Numbered from the stretch's first letter, positions 17,343 through 26,590 are shown. The stretch is 32,000 nucleotides of DNA from Desulfobulbus propionicus DSM 2032 (GCF_000186885.1 NC_014972.1:2730001-2762000), one strand, 5' to 3'. Program-made: numbers and translations. Notes: generated from the sequence alone by a model not told the origin.

Positions 17343-18692
17343 CTATCGGACAAGCCCCTTGGGGAGCTTCCGCCGCTTGCCGCCACTCACGATGCCTTTG
17401 CCTTTCAGATTCTTCATCATTTTCAGCATCATGGTGTAACTCTTCAGAACCCGGTTGACCTCGGCGACCGAGGTTCCGGAACCATTGGCAATGCGCACCC
17501 GCCGACTGGCGTCGATGATTCTGTGATTGCGCCGCTCCTTGAGGGTCATGGAGCGAATGATCGCCTCGGTTTTCACTAGTTCTTTCTGATCCGGCTTGGG
17601 CGCGTCCTTCAGTTGCTTGAGTTTGTTGATCCCCGGAATCATGCCCATGATCTGTTCCAAGGTGCCCATCTTCTTGATCTGCTGGATCTGGTCGAGAAAA
17701 TCCTCCAGGGTAAAGGCGTTTTTCTGGATCTTCTTGGCCAGCCGCTCGGCATTCTTTTGATCAACGACCGCCTCGGCCTTCTCAATCAGCGACAGCACAT
17801 CGCCCATGCCGAGGATGCGCGAGGCCGCCCGGTCAGGATGAAAGACCTCCAAGGCCTCGACCGATTCACCGACACCGACGAACTTGATCGGCTTGCCCGT
17901 CACCTTCTTCACCGACAGGGCGGCGCCGCCACGGGCATCGCCTTCCATCTTGGTGAGAACAACGCCGGTGATCTCGAGGTCGGTATTGAATTTGTCGGCT
18001 ACGGTGACTGCGTCCTGGCCAGTCATGGCATCGGCGACAAACAACACCTCGGCCAAGGGAACTGTCCGACTGATCTCCTGCAACTCGGCCATCAAGGCTT
18101 CGTCCACATGGAGCCGACCGGCGGTATCAATGATGACGGTGTCGTAATGACCGGTCCTTGCCTCGGCCACGGCCTGACGGGCAATGTCCACCGGCTTTTG
18201 CTCGGTGGTGGAAGCATAAACCGGCACCCCAACCTGTTCACCGAGAACATGCAACTGCTCGATGGCTGCCGGCCGGTACACGTCGGCCGGCACCAAAAAG
18301 GGCGCGCGCCCCTTCTCCTTGAGCTGCTTGGCCAGCTTGGCGGCGGTGGTGGTCTTGCCCGAACCCTGCAGACCGGCCAGCATGATGACCACCGGCTGGC
18401 GGCCGTCGAGCTTGAGCGGCTCAGCCTGACTGCCGAGCAGTTCGACCAGCTCGTCGTGCACCACCTTGACCACCTGTTGACCGGGCGACAGACTGGTGAG
18501 CACCTCCCGGCCAATGGCTTTTTCGGTGACCGAGGCGATAAATTCCTTGACAACGCCGAAGTTGACATCCGCCTCAAGCAACGCAGTGCGCACCTCGCCC
18601 ATGGCTTCCTGAATGTTTTCTTCAGTGAGCCGGCCATGGCCGCGCAACTTCTTGAACGTGCTTTCGAGGCGGTCGGTTAAGTTCTCAAACAT
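17343..18692 (-). CDS. ffh: Signal recognition particle protein
   Basis: 'MFENLTDRLESTFKKLRGHGRLTEENI', 'GLQGSGKTTTAAKLA', 'DTAGRLHVDEALMAEL', 'LTKMEGDARGGAALSV'; Met-rich M domain. Start assigned at MFENL (18692). Confidence 0.98.
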   Translation of the reverse strand: MFENLTDRLESTFKKLRGHGRLTEENIQEAMGEVRTALLEADVNFGVVKEFIASVTEKAIGREVLTSLSPGQQVVKVVHDELVELLGSQAEPLKLDGRQPVVIMLAGLQGSGKTTTAAKLAKQLKEKGRAPFLVPADVYRPAAIEQLHVLGEQVGVPVYASTTEQKPVDIARQAVAEARTGHYDTVIIDTAGRLHVDEALMAELQEISRTVPLAEVLFVADAMTGQDAVTVADKFNTDLEITGVVLTKMEGDARGGAALSVKKVTGKPIKFVGVGESVEALEVFHPDRAASRILGMGDVLSLIEKAEAVVDQKNAERLAKKIQKNAFTLEDFLDQIQQIKKMGTLEQIMGMIPGINKLKQLKDAPKPDQKELVKTEAIIRSMTLKERRNHRIIDASRRVRIANGSGTSVAEVNRVLKSYTMMLKMMKNLKGKGIVSGGKRRKLPKGLVR

Positions 18693-18773
18693 ATTGACAT
18701 TGCTCAGTAAGCGGTGACTTCGGGGCAAACGCCGAAAAACGCCCGTCTCCGGTTCTCATTACGAAAATTGCGA

Positions 18774-18802
18774 TTAATACCCGACCTGCCCCCTATTGTC
18801 AA
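18774..18802 (-). promoter_or_regulatory. Candidate sigma70-type promoter for ffh-rpsP-khpA-rimM-trmD
   Basis: On the minus strand TTGACA (18802-18797), 17-bp spacer, TATTAA (18779-18774), in the intergenic gap between fabD and ffh. Confidence 0.65.
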
Positions 18803-18835
18803 GGGAGAAGAAAAACATGGTGGTCCGCGCTGTTA

Positions 18836-19783
18836 TCACCCGGCCAGCACCTCGGCGACCTTGTGGAGTCCCTCCGGACTGTCTGCCTGCAGGCAGGTAA
18901 TCGGCGTGTCCTTCGGCAGAATTTTTTTCATCATTCCAGTGAGGACGTTCTTCGGCCCCAATTCGACCACAACCTCCACTCCTTCGGCCACCATCCGCTC
19001 GATAATGGACAGCCACCGCACCCGCGAGGCGATCTGCCGGGCCATGATGTTCCGCATCGCCGAGGGATTCTGCTCATAGTCGCCGGTAACATTGAACAGG
19101 ACCGGCACTTGGGGGTGCTGGAACTCAATGCTGTTCATGTAGGCGGCGAAATCCTCCACCGCGCCCGCCACCAGAGGACTGTGGTTAGCCACGCTTACCT
19201 TAAGGGGAATCACCTTGGCGCCCTGGGCCGCACAGAGTTGGCCGATGGCTTCCAAGCCGGGAGCATCGCCCGACAGGACGATCTGGGAAGCCGTGTTGTG
19301 GTTGGCCACCACCGCCACGCCCGGACCAGTGAAGCGTTCGAGGAGCGCTTCCACGTCATTGATGGCCAAACCGACCACTGCCCGCATGCCGCCCGGATGG
19401 GCCGCGCCTTCCCGTTCCATCAGTTCCCCGCGCTTGGTCACCAGGGCTAGGGTGTCCTCCAGGGTCAAAACACCCGCCCCATGCAGGGCTGAATACTCGC
19501 CAAGGCTGTGACCGGCAAAAAAGGCGGGCTTGAATCCGGGCAGGAGTTTGAGCAGTTGCTGCCAACAAATCAAATTGATGACCGTCAAGGCCGGCTGCAG
19601 ATAGAGGACACGAGTCAGATCCTCCAACGGGCCTTCAAAGCAGAGTTTGCGCAACGGAAAGGCAGAGATGGTCTCGGCCAGATCCATCAAGACCGAGGCA
19701 TCTTGGTCCCGATTGACGAATTCCTGGCCCATGCCGATAAACTGGGACCCCTGTCCCGGAAAAATAATCGCTGTTTTTTTCAT
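18836..19783 (-). CDS. fabD: Malonyl-CoA:ACP transacylase
   Basis: 'AIIFPGQGSQFIGMGQEF', 'FFAGHSLGEYSALHGAGVLTLEDTLALVTKRGELM', 'VANHNTASQIVLSG', 'VEVVVELGPKNVLTGM'. Confidence 0.96.
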   Translation of the reverse strand: MKKTAIIFPGQGSQFIGMGQEFVNRDQDASVLMDLAETISAFPLRKLCFEGPLEDLTRVLYLQPALTVINLICWQQLLKLLPGFKPAFFAGHSLGEYSALHGAGVLTLEDTLALVTKRGELMEREGAAHPGGMRAVVGLAINDVEALLERFTGPGVAVVANHNTASQIVLSGDAPGLEAIGQLCAAQGAKVIPLKVSVANHSPLVAGAVEDFAAYMNSIEFQHPQVPVLFNVTGDYEQNPSAMRNIMARQIASRVRWLSIIERMVAEGVEVVVELGPKNVLTGMMKKILPKDTPITCLQADSPEGLHKVAEVLAG

Positions 19784-19800
19784 GTGCTGACAAAAAAGGT

Positions 19801-20283
19801 TCAGGCCCGTTCGGACTGTTGCCGGTCGAACAGGAGGTTGTTGACAATAAAGAGGATCACGCCGACCGTGATCGCCGAGTCGGCGATATTAAAGGCCGGC
19901 CAGTGGTACGTGCCGACGTAGACGTCAAGAAAGTCAATCACGAATCCGAAGCGGATGCGGTCGATCAGGTTGCCGATGGCGCCGCCGGCGATCAGGGCCA
20001 AGCCCAGGGTATAGGCCATGCTGCGGCGGCCGAAGCTCCGCTGGGCGATCCAGATGAACACCAGGGCCGCACCAGCGGCGGCGATGAAAAAGACCTGTCG
20101 CCACAGAGCGGGCTGCCCCGCGAGAATACTGAAGGCGGCGCCATTGTTGGTCAAATAGGTCAGGTTGAACAGGTCGGGAATGACCACCCGGCTCTCATGG
20201 AGCACAAAGTGGTGCATGATCCAGAACTTGGTTGCCTGATCAAGACCAATGACAGTCAGAATGACGGTGAAAAAAAAGAGCAT
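19801..20283 (-). CDS. lspA: Lipoprotein signal peptidase
   Basis: 160 aa, hydrophobic; 'DQATKFWI', 'NLTYLTNNGAAFSIL', 'IAGGAIGNLIDRIRFGFVIDFLDVYVGTYHWPAFNIADSAI'. Confidence 0.97.
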   Translation of the reverse strand: MLFFFTVILTVIGLDQATKFWIMHHFVLHESRVVIPDLFNLTYLTNNGAAFSILAGQPALWRQVFFIAAAGAALVFIWIAQRSFGRRSMAYTLGLALIAGGAIGNLIDRIRFGFVIDFLDVYVGTYHWPAFNIADSAITVGVILFIVNNLLFDRQQSERA

Positions 20284-20295
20284 CGGGAATCCGCG

Positions 20296-23109
20296 TTATC
20301 CCGCCAACTGACGAACCACGGCGGCGCAACGGGCACAGAGCGACGGATGCTCGTGATCCTCGCCAACCGAGGTGGCGATCGTCCAGCAGCGCTCGCACTT
20401 GGCGCCAGGAGCAGGATGAACGGCAATTTCCAAACCGGGGATACCCTCCGCCTCGACAAAGGCAAATCCGCCCTCCCCCGGCTGCGCACTCCGCAGGCTG
20501 GAAACAATGCACAATTCCCGCAACTGGTCCAGACTGCCATTCAGGAATCCAGCCCACTCAGTGTTGCCCCGCAACACCACCTCCGCATCGAGACCAAGGC
20601 CAATGACCTTGTCCCGCCGCGCCCCCTCCAGCACCCGGGTAATGGCACCGCGCAGGGTGAGCAACTTGGTCCAGCGCTCCTCAAAGGCAGTGTCCTTGCC
20701 AATATCGTCAACCGGCGCGAACCGGGTGAAGAAAATCGACTGCTCCAAGGGCGTATTGTCCGACAGCCCATGCAGATGTTCCCAGGCCTCGGCGGCGGTG
20801 AAGCAGAGGATCGGCGACATCAGCCGCAGCAGGCCATCGAGAATGCGGTAGATCACGGTCTGAGCCGCCCGCCGCTCCGGGCCAGCTGGCGCCGAGCAGT
20901 AGAGCCGGTCCTTGAGCACATCCATGTAGATGCTCGAGATGGTGGTGCCGCAGAAGTTGTGCAGCGCATGGTAAATGGCATGGAATTCATAGCGGTCGTA
21001 GGCACGGGTGACCCGCTCGCTCAGCTCCGCATACTTGGCCAACGCCCACCTGTCGATTTCCTGGAGGTCGGAAACGTCGACCGCATCGCGTTCCGGGGCA
21101 AAGTCGTAGAGATTCGAGAGGAGAAACCGCAGGGTATTGCGCATCTTGCGGTAGGCATCGGAAACGTGCTTGAGGATCTCATCCGAGACCTTGACGTCGT
21201 CCTGATAGTTCTCGCTGGCCACCCACAGGCGGAGGACCTCGGCGCCGTACTGGTCAATGACTTGCTGGGGCGCGACCACGTTGCCCACGGATTTCGACAT
21301 TTTCTTGCCTTGACCGTCGACCACGTAGCCGTGGGTCAGTACCCCCTGGTATGGAGCCCGGCCCCTGGTGCCCACCGAGGTGAGCAGCGAGGATTGGAAC
21401 CAGCCGCGGTGCTGGTCGCTGCCCTCGAGGTAGAGATCGGCCGGCCAGCGCAGTTCCGGGCGCTGTTCGACCACCGCCGCATGGCTGACCCCGGAATCGA
21501 ACCAGACATCGAGAATGTCGGATTCCTTTTTGAACTCGCGGCCGCCGCAGGAACACGCCACTCCTTCGGGAACAAAGTCGGCGGCCTCGTGCTTGAACCA
21601 GGCATCCGCGCCCTCGCTCATGAACAGTTCGTCGATCCGGGCACACACCGTCTCGTTTTTCAGGATTTCCCCGCAGGCGGCACAAGTGAGCACGGTCACT
21701 GGCACGCCCCAGGAGCGCTGACGGGACAGGCACCAGTCGGGCCGGGCCTCGACCATACCGTAGATACGCTGCTGGCCCCATGCCGGGGTCCATTGCACCT
21801 CGTTGATCGCGGACAGGGCCTTGGCGCGCAGCTGCAGGTTGTCCATGGAAATAAACCACTGGGCCGTGGCCCGGTAGATGACCGGTTCCTTGCAGCGCCA
21901 GCAGTGCGGATAGCTGTGCCGGATCGAGGCCTCCTTGACCAGCGAGCCTGCGGCAGCCATGTCGGCGATGATCTGGCTGTTGACCTGCGGCACCGGCTGT
22001 CCCGCGTATCGCCCAGCTTCCGCCGTGTACCGGCCAGCGTCGTCCACCGGCGAGAGGATGTCCAGACCGTAGCGCAGACCGGTGAGGTAGTCGTCGGTGC
22101 CGTGGCCGGGCGCGGTGTGGACACAACCGGTGCCCGAATCGGCGGTGACATAGTCGGCCAGCACCAGCAGTGCATCACGCTCCATGAATGGGTGGCGGCA
22201 GCGTTTGTTTTCCAGGCTGCTGGCGGAAAAGGTGGCGATGCTCGCATACTGGTCGATGCCGAACTGCTCCATGCAGGGGGCTACCAGCTCCTTGGCCAGA
22301 ATCCAGGTCTCGTCGCCAACGGCGACCGCCGCGTATTCGAAATCGGGATGAAAGGCGATCGCCAGGTTGGCCGGCAGGGTCCAGGGAGTGGTGGTCCAGA
22401 TGAGCACCGATACCGAACGGCCCGCCAGTTGCGGCGCGACCTCGCCCAGATCGTCGACCACCGGAAATTTGACATAGACCGACGGCGAGGTGTGATCGGC
22501 ATAGTCGACCTCGGCCTCGGCCAAGGCGGTACCGCAGGTGGCGCACCAATAGACCGGTTTTTTCGAACGGACCACCGCGCCGGAAAGAAGGAATTTGTTG
22601 AACTCCCGGGCGATGATCGCCTCGTAGGGGAAGCTCATGGTCAGGTAGGGGTTGGACCAGTCGCCGAGCACGCCGAGACGTTTAAACTGCTCGCGCTGGG
22701 TTTTGATCCATTTTTCGGCATAGCTGCGGCAGGCGGACCGTTTGCCCAGGGTGGAAATGGCCTGTTTCTTGGCGCCCAACTCCAGGTCGACATTGTGCTC
22801 GATGGGCAGACCGTGACAGTCCCAACCGGGAATATAGGGAGCGTTGAACCCGGCCATCCGCTTGGAGCGGAGGATAATGTCCTTGAGCACCTTGTTGAAG
22901 GCGGTGCCCAGATGGATGTTGCCGTTGGCATACGGGGGGCCATCATGGAGGATGAACAACGGCCGATCGGCCATCATCTGCTGCAACCGCTGATAGAGGT
23001 TTTCCTTATCCCAGCGCTTGAGCACCATTGGCTCCCGCTGGGTGAGGTTGGCCTTCATTTTGAACTTGGTCTGCGGCAGATTCAGTGTTTCCCTGTAATC
23101 CATGGTCAT
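20296..23109 (-). CDS. ileS: Isoleucyl-tRNA synthetase
   Basis: 937 aa; 'LHDGPPYANGNIHLGTAFNKVLKD' HIGH region, 'KMSKSVGN' KMSKS motif, C-terminal zinc-binding 'CERCWTIATSVGEDHEHPSLCARC'. Confidence 0.98.
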   Translation of the reverse strand: MTMDYRETLNLPQTKFKMKANLTQREPMVLKRWDKENLYQRLQQMMADRPLFILHDGPPYANGNIHLGTAFNKVLKDIILRSKRMAGFNAPYIPGWDCHGLPIEHNVDLELGAKKQAISTLGKRSACRSYAEKWIKTQREQFKRLGVLGDWSNPYLTMSFPYEAIIAREFNKFLLSGAVVRSKKPVYWCATCGTALAEAEVDYADHTSPSVYVKFPVVDDLGEVAPQLAGRSVSVLIWTTTPWTLPANLAIAFHPDFEYAAVAVGDETWILAKELVAPCMEQFGIDQYASIATFSASSLENKRCRHPFMERDALLVLADYVTADSGTGCVHTAPGHGTDDYLTGLRYGLDILSPVDDAGRYTAEAGRYAGQPVPQVNSQIIADMAAAGSLVKEASIRHSYPHCWRCKEPVIYRATAQWFISMDNLQLRAKALSAINEVQWTPAWGQQRIYGMVEARPDWCLSRQRSWGVPVTVLTCAACGEILKNETVCARIDELFMSEGADAWFKHEAADFVPEGVACSCGGREFKKESDILDVWFDSGVSHAAVVEQRPELRWPADLYLEGSDQHRGWFQSSLLTSVGTRGRAPYQGVLTHGYVVDGQGKKMSKSVGNVVAPQQVIDQYGAEVLRLWVASENYQDDVKVSDEILKHVSDAYRKMRNTLRFLLSNLYDFAPERDAVDVSDLQEIDRWALAKYAELSERVTRAYDRYEFHAIYHALHNFCGTTISSIYMDVLKDRLYCSAPAGPERRAAQTVIYRILDGLLRLMSPILCFTAAEAWEHLHGLSDNTPLEQSIFFTRFAPVDDIGKDTAFEERWTKLLTLRGAITRVLEGARRDKVIGLGLDAEVVLRGNTEWAGFLNGSLDQLRELCIVSSLRSAQPGEGGFAFVEAEGIPGLEIAVHPAPGAKCERCWTIATSVGEDHEHPSLCARCAAVVRQLAG

Positions 23110-23348
23110 TCCTGATTGGCAAAAAGAAAAAGAAATGCGGCCGGAGCCGGGCCGTCCACAAAGCAGTGGATTTTACCAAGCCCGCTTGAATGTGCAAGGG
23201 AAAAGGGGGGAAGACCGGGCAAGGAACCCGTCGGCACGCGGGCGGCACGAGAGCACATCCCGGCTTGTCCTTTTACCGGGCCCGTTGTATCTTGACCGGA
23301 CGAGAAAAAGAGCCCCTCCCAAACCCTTTCTGCCCATGGAGCAGTAGC

Positions 23349-23903
23349 GTGAAAGCCGAAAAAACCCAATTCTCTTGTGTGGCCTGCGGCCAGCAACAGC
23401 CGGAGCTTTCCTTGGAGAATGGCTATTGTCCGGCCTGCGAGGCCATTGCCCGCATTGTGCGGGAACAGCCGGAAATGGTGCGGCAGCTGTGGCTGCGGCT
23501 GCACAATGAGCCGATTCTCCCGGAGGCGGTTCCCCGTTCGATCGAAAGCGAGGCCGAGTTGCCCGATGTGCTTGACGGCAAGCGCTACCGGACCATCGAT
23601 CGCGACCGCAACAAGTGGTACCTGTCGGTAAGCGAGGTCAACGGCAAGCCGGTGGAGGTGTTTGCCTCGACCGCCTTTGACCGCGACCATGAACTGCAGT
23701 CGCGCATCTCCAACCTGACCACCATCACCCGGTTGATCTCCCTGATCCTCAGACACATCTTCCTCGGCGAACCCCTCACCTTCGACAAGTGCCTCAAGCA
23801 GATCCAGCGCAGTTCACGGCAGAAAAACGACCTGCCCGACATGCTCTATGGGGTGCTGAGCCGTTATAACGTGCCGCGCCAAAAGAGCGACGAGCCGCGC
23901 TAA
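23349..23903 (+). CDS. Zinc-ribbon protein with a domain resembling the C-terminal tail domain of B12-dependent ribonucleotide reductase (NrdJ)
   Basis: GTG start at 23349 preceded by GGAG. N-terminal 'CVACGQQQ...GYCPACEA'; C-terminal 'LDGKRYRTIDRDRNKWYLSVSEVNGKPVEVFASTAF...ITRLISLILRH...FDKCLKQIQRS' matches the recalled NrdJ-tail pattern. Confidence 0.6.
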   Translation: MKAEKTQFSCVACGQQQPELSLENGYCPACEAIARIVREQPEMVRQLWLRLHNEPILPEAVPRSIESEAELPDVLDGKRYRTIDRDRNKWYLSVSEVNGKPVEVFASTAFDRDHELQSRISNLTTITRLISLILRHIFLGEPLTFDKCLKQIQRSSRQKNDLPDMLYGVLSRYNVPRQKSDEPR

Positions 23904-23983
23904 CCGCGGGTCCACCGAAGAACAAGCGCAGTCATCGGGTTATTCCGCCGTTCTGCGGCTTTCATGGCACGCCAGCAATTATT

Positions 23984-24364
23984 TTACAGTTTTTCCATGA
24001 ATTTTTTCGGATCAATGATAAACCGTTCATGGCGACCGCGGCCGATCTCCCCCTTCTCGTCGTAGGCCAGCAGTTCAAACACCAGCCGCCTGCGATCAAC
24101 CTCGACCAAGGTGGATTCGCAGGTGACCTTCATGCCCACCGGGGTGGCCTTGCCGTGGCTGATATCCACCTTGATGCCCACCGTGCCGAAGCCTTCGGGC
24201 AGATAGGGAAGCACCGATTTGAGGCAGGTTTTTTCCATCAGGGCCACCATGGCCGGGGTGGCATAGACCTCGACCAAGCCGCTGCCGTACTTGGCGGCGG
24301 TTTCCTCGAAGGTGACCACCAGCTCTTCCTTACCCTTGATACCCGTGGGGATCTGAATATCCAT
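23984..24364 (-). CDS. Thioesterase of the hotdog fold, FlK (fluoroacetyl-CoA thioesterase)-like
   Basis: 'ETAAKYGSGLVEVYATPAMVALMEKTCLKSVLPYLPEGFGTVGIKVDISHGKATPVGMKVTCESTLVEVDRRRLVFELLAYDEKGEIGRGRHERFIID'. Confidence 0.85.
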   Translation of the reverse strand: MDIQIPTGIKGKEELVVTFEETAAKYGSGLVEVYATPAMVALMEKTCLKSVLPYLPEGFGTVGIKVDISHGKATPVGMKVTCESTLVEVDRRRLVFELLAYDEKGEIGRGRHERFIIDPKKFMEKL

Positions 24365-24550
24365 ATCGCTTTCTCCTTGCCGTAGCTGCGGGCTCTGTGC
24401 ATGCCCCCGGCACACTCTCCGGAGGACGCAGGGTTCAATCGCAAAAACATTCGTGAATTTGAGCTTATATCAGCAGATCCCCAACCCGTCAAGCGGCAAC
24501 AGCCGTCCCGATCCTTACCACCGTGTTACACCCCCATGGCGCTCGCAGGC

Positions 24551-25660
24551 TCAGGCAACCAGATCCAGTTGCTGGATCGTGCCCGCCCCGCCCTGCTCGA
24601 AGAGAAAGAGTCCGGTGGCCCGAACCTGTCCCTGCAATTCATTGCTGCTGTCTTTGATGCTAAACGGCGTGTCGATGCGGCCAAGATAGATCGCGCCGAC
24701 TCCCTTTTCCCCAAGCATCAGCAGGTGATCCTCGCCGGAAGCGGTCCGGGTCCAGATTCGCAAACGGGAATAGATCTCGTCACCTTCATCGATCCAGCCG
24801 TTTCCGTCCCCATCATGGGCGGCCAGGTCGGCAAAGCCGTCACCGCTTTGCGCGCCGAACAACTCGCTGCCGTTGTTGATCATCCCGTCGTTGTTGCCAT
24901 CCAGGGCAAGAAAACCTGAACCGGGCCGGACAAAGGCGATCTGATCCTCGCTGCCGTCGGCATCGATGTCAAAACTGAAGGTGTCCTGGGTCAGTTGCGC
25001 AGCGGTCCCGTCGAACTGGATCACCAAGGGATCCTTGAGGACCGCGTCACCGAATTGCAGACTTTCGCTCAGGGTGCTGGTGAAGCTGCGGCTCATGGTC
25101 AACTCAAGGTCGATCTGGACCTGCTGGCCATCGGCGGTGACCACCTGCCCCTGGGCGGCGAACCGGGTGGTTTCGGACTCGTGATAGGTTTCGCGGCGCT
25201 CGTAATTCAACCCCCAACCGCTCTGCTGCGGCGCTGGCTGTGCTTGCGATCCCTCCACCGGGGGCGACGGCTGCGCGGCGGGTGGTTGCGGTTGCCCATC
25301 CCCCTGTAGATTGGCGACCTTGAATTTACGGCCGGTGAGCTTCTCGAACAGGGCCTTGAGAATCCGCATGTTGAGGTCGGTCATCAGTTCTCCGTCCTCT
25401 CCGCGTGCGGCCACCTCAGCGGTCTCGGCGGCAGGGGCGGCCACCGCCTGCTGCTGGGCCTGGGCGGAAAGGCTGACCTTGACCGCCTCCTTGGCGAGCT
25501 TCTCGGCCTGCTGCTTCACGTGTTCGTCTTGGGCGTTCTTCCGGTCCACGCGGACCGGTTCCTTGCCCTGCCGCCAAACGGTCAGCGACTCCTGGCGCTC
25601 AAGATGTTCGATGGCGGCATGCGAACTGGTGAACTGGATGGAGGATTCGGCGATGTGCAT
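24551..25660 (-). CDS. Hypothetical protein with calcium-binding (DxDxDG-like) loops; no obvious signal peptide
   Basis: 'DIDADGSEDQIAFVRPGSGFLALDGNNDGMINNGSELFG' and 'DGDGNGWIDEGDEIYSRLRIW'. Start taken at MHIAESS (25660), leaving a Gln/Pro-rich middle region. Confidence 0.65.
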   Translation of the reverse strand: MHIAESSIQFTSSHAAIEHLERQESLTVWRQGKEPVRVDRKNAQDEHVKQQAEKLAKEAVKVSLSAQAQQQAVAAPAAETAEVAARGEDGELMTDLNMRILKALFEKLTGRKFKVANLQGDGQPQPPAAQPSPPVEGSQAQPAPQQSGWGLNYERRETYHESETTRFAAQGQVVTADGQQVQIDLELTMSRSFTSTLSESLQFGDAVLKDPLVIQFDGTAAQLTQDTFSFDIDADGSEDQIAFVRPGSGFLALDGNNDGMINNGSELFGAQSGDGFADLAAHDGDGNGWIDEGDEIYSRLRIWTRTASGEDHLLMLGEKGVGAIYLGRIDTPFSIKDSSNELQGQVRATGLFLFEQGGAGTIQQLDLVA

Positions 25661-25794
25661 GATGTCCCTTCCCTGGTTATCATTATCATGAGTGGCGAGA
25701 GGGCCGAGGCGATGCTTCATCCATGAACGCGCACCTTGGCCGTATCGTTTCATCGGCAGGCGAAGAAGAAACCTTTAGCACCAATTATAGGTAG

Positions 25795-25809
25795 CTTGTG
25801 CAATACAAG
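25795..25809. promoter_or_regulatory. Small palindrome in the divergent promoter region
   Basis: CTTGT-gcaat-ACAAG, perfect 5-bp arms with a 5-nt spacer. Confidence 0.25.
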
Positions 25810-25987
25810 ATTCTATGCTACAGTGTGACCAATTTTTTGACGGTGCAAGGCGTCGGTCCAGCGAGCAACAGAACAACAATAATCCGGGATCATTCACCAT
25901 CTGCACAGTCGCCTTGTATTGATCATCGCTCTTCATCCGCGAACGGTTACCTTGGTCCTTCGTCACTGATTCTCAGCATACACCTCC

Positions 25988-26590
25988 ATGGCAGCACACA
26001 GCACCCCCCTTGATCAGGAAGACGCCTCGGTGACCGAAGCCGCCACTCTCAGCGCCCTCTATTCTTTTTTGGCGCTGACCATGCGTTACCCCGATCCGGC
26101 CTTCTGCAACGATCAATTCCTTGATGCCATGGATTTTCTGCTGGAATCGCTCGACTGGCAGGCGGAGCGGGCCGAATTCCGCGTCTGGCGAGAGCAAACA
26201 GACGATGTCGTGGATAATCTGCGGACCGAATACACCCGGCTGTTCATCACCGCCCCCCCTCGGACGACCATTCCGCCCTATGCCTCGGTCTATGTCGACG
26301 GAGACGGCACCCTGTTTGGCCGGACCACCGAACGCACCCGAGATTTTTACCGCGAGCGTGGCTACGACCTGGCCAATGACAGCGAACCCGCCGATCACAT
26401 CAGTTTTGAACTCGATTTTTTGGCTGCCTTAGCCGCTGAAGCGAGGTTTGAGGATGAGGATCTTTTCCTGCGGACCCTTTTTCGGCCGTGGTTTGAACGT
26501 TTTCAGGAAAAAAGTATGACAGAAGCTCGACATCCCTTCTACAAGGTGTCGATACAGTTAATCGATTTTTTCACCAAGGAGGAACAGTAA
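25988..26590 (+). CDS. TorD/DmsD-type molybdoenzyme maturation chaperone
   Basis: 'LRTEYTRLFITAPPRTTIPPYASVYVDGDGTLFG', 'EPADHISFELDFLAALAAE', 'WFERFQEKSMTEARHPFYKVSIQLIDFF'; directly upstream of a molybdoenzyme gene. Confidence 0.9.
   Translation: MAAHSTPLDQEDASVTEAATLSALYSFLALTMRYPDPAFCNDQFLDAMDFLLESLDWQAERAEFRVWREQTDDVVDNLRTEYTRLFITAPPRTTIPPYASVYVDGDGTLFGRTTERTRDFYRERGYDLANDSEPADHISFELDFLAALAAEARFEDEDLFLRTLFRPWFERFQEKSMTEARHPFYKVSIQLIDFFTKEEQ

Noticed and set aside
17613-18680. 355-aa plus-strand ORF antisense to ffh
   Set aside because: Shadow ORF over a highly conserved gene.
19819-23115. 1098-aa plus-strand ORF antisense to ileS and lspA
   Set aside because: The complementary strand encodes unmistakable IleS (HIGH and KMSKS motifs, zinc site) and LspA. 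The long opposite frame is expected from GC-rich codon bias and its translation shows no recognisable motifs.
23155-23170. Short inverted repeat TCCAC-AAAGCA-GTGGA upstream of ileS
   Set aside because: Only 5-bp arms with no flanking U-tract or T-box features; consistent with chance.
25780-25834. Repeated ACCAATT heptamer (25780-25786 and 25828-25834)
   Set aside because: A 7-bp AT-containing direct repeat in an intergenic region is too weak without conservation evidence.
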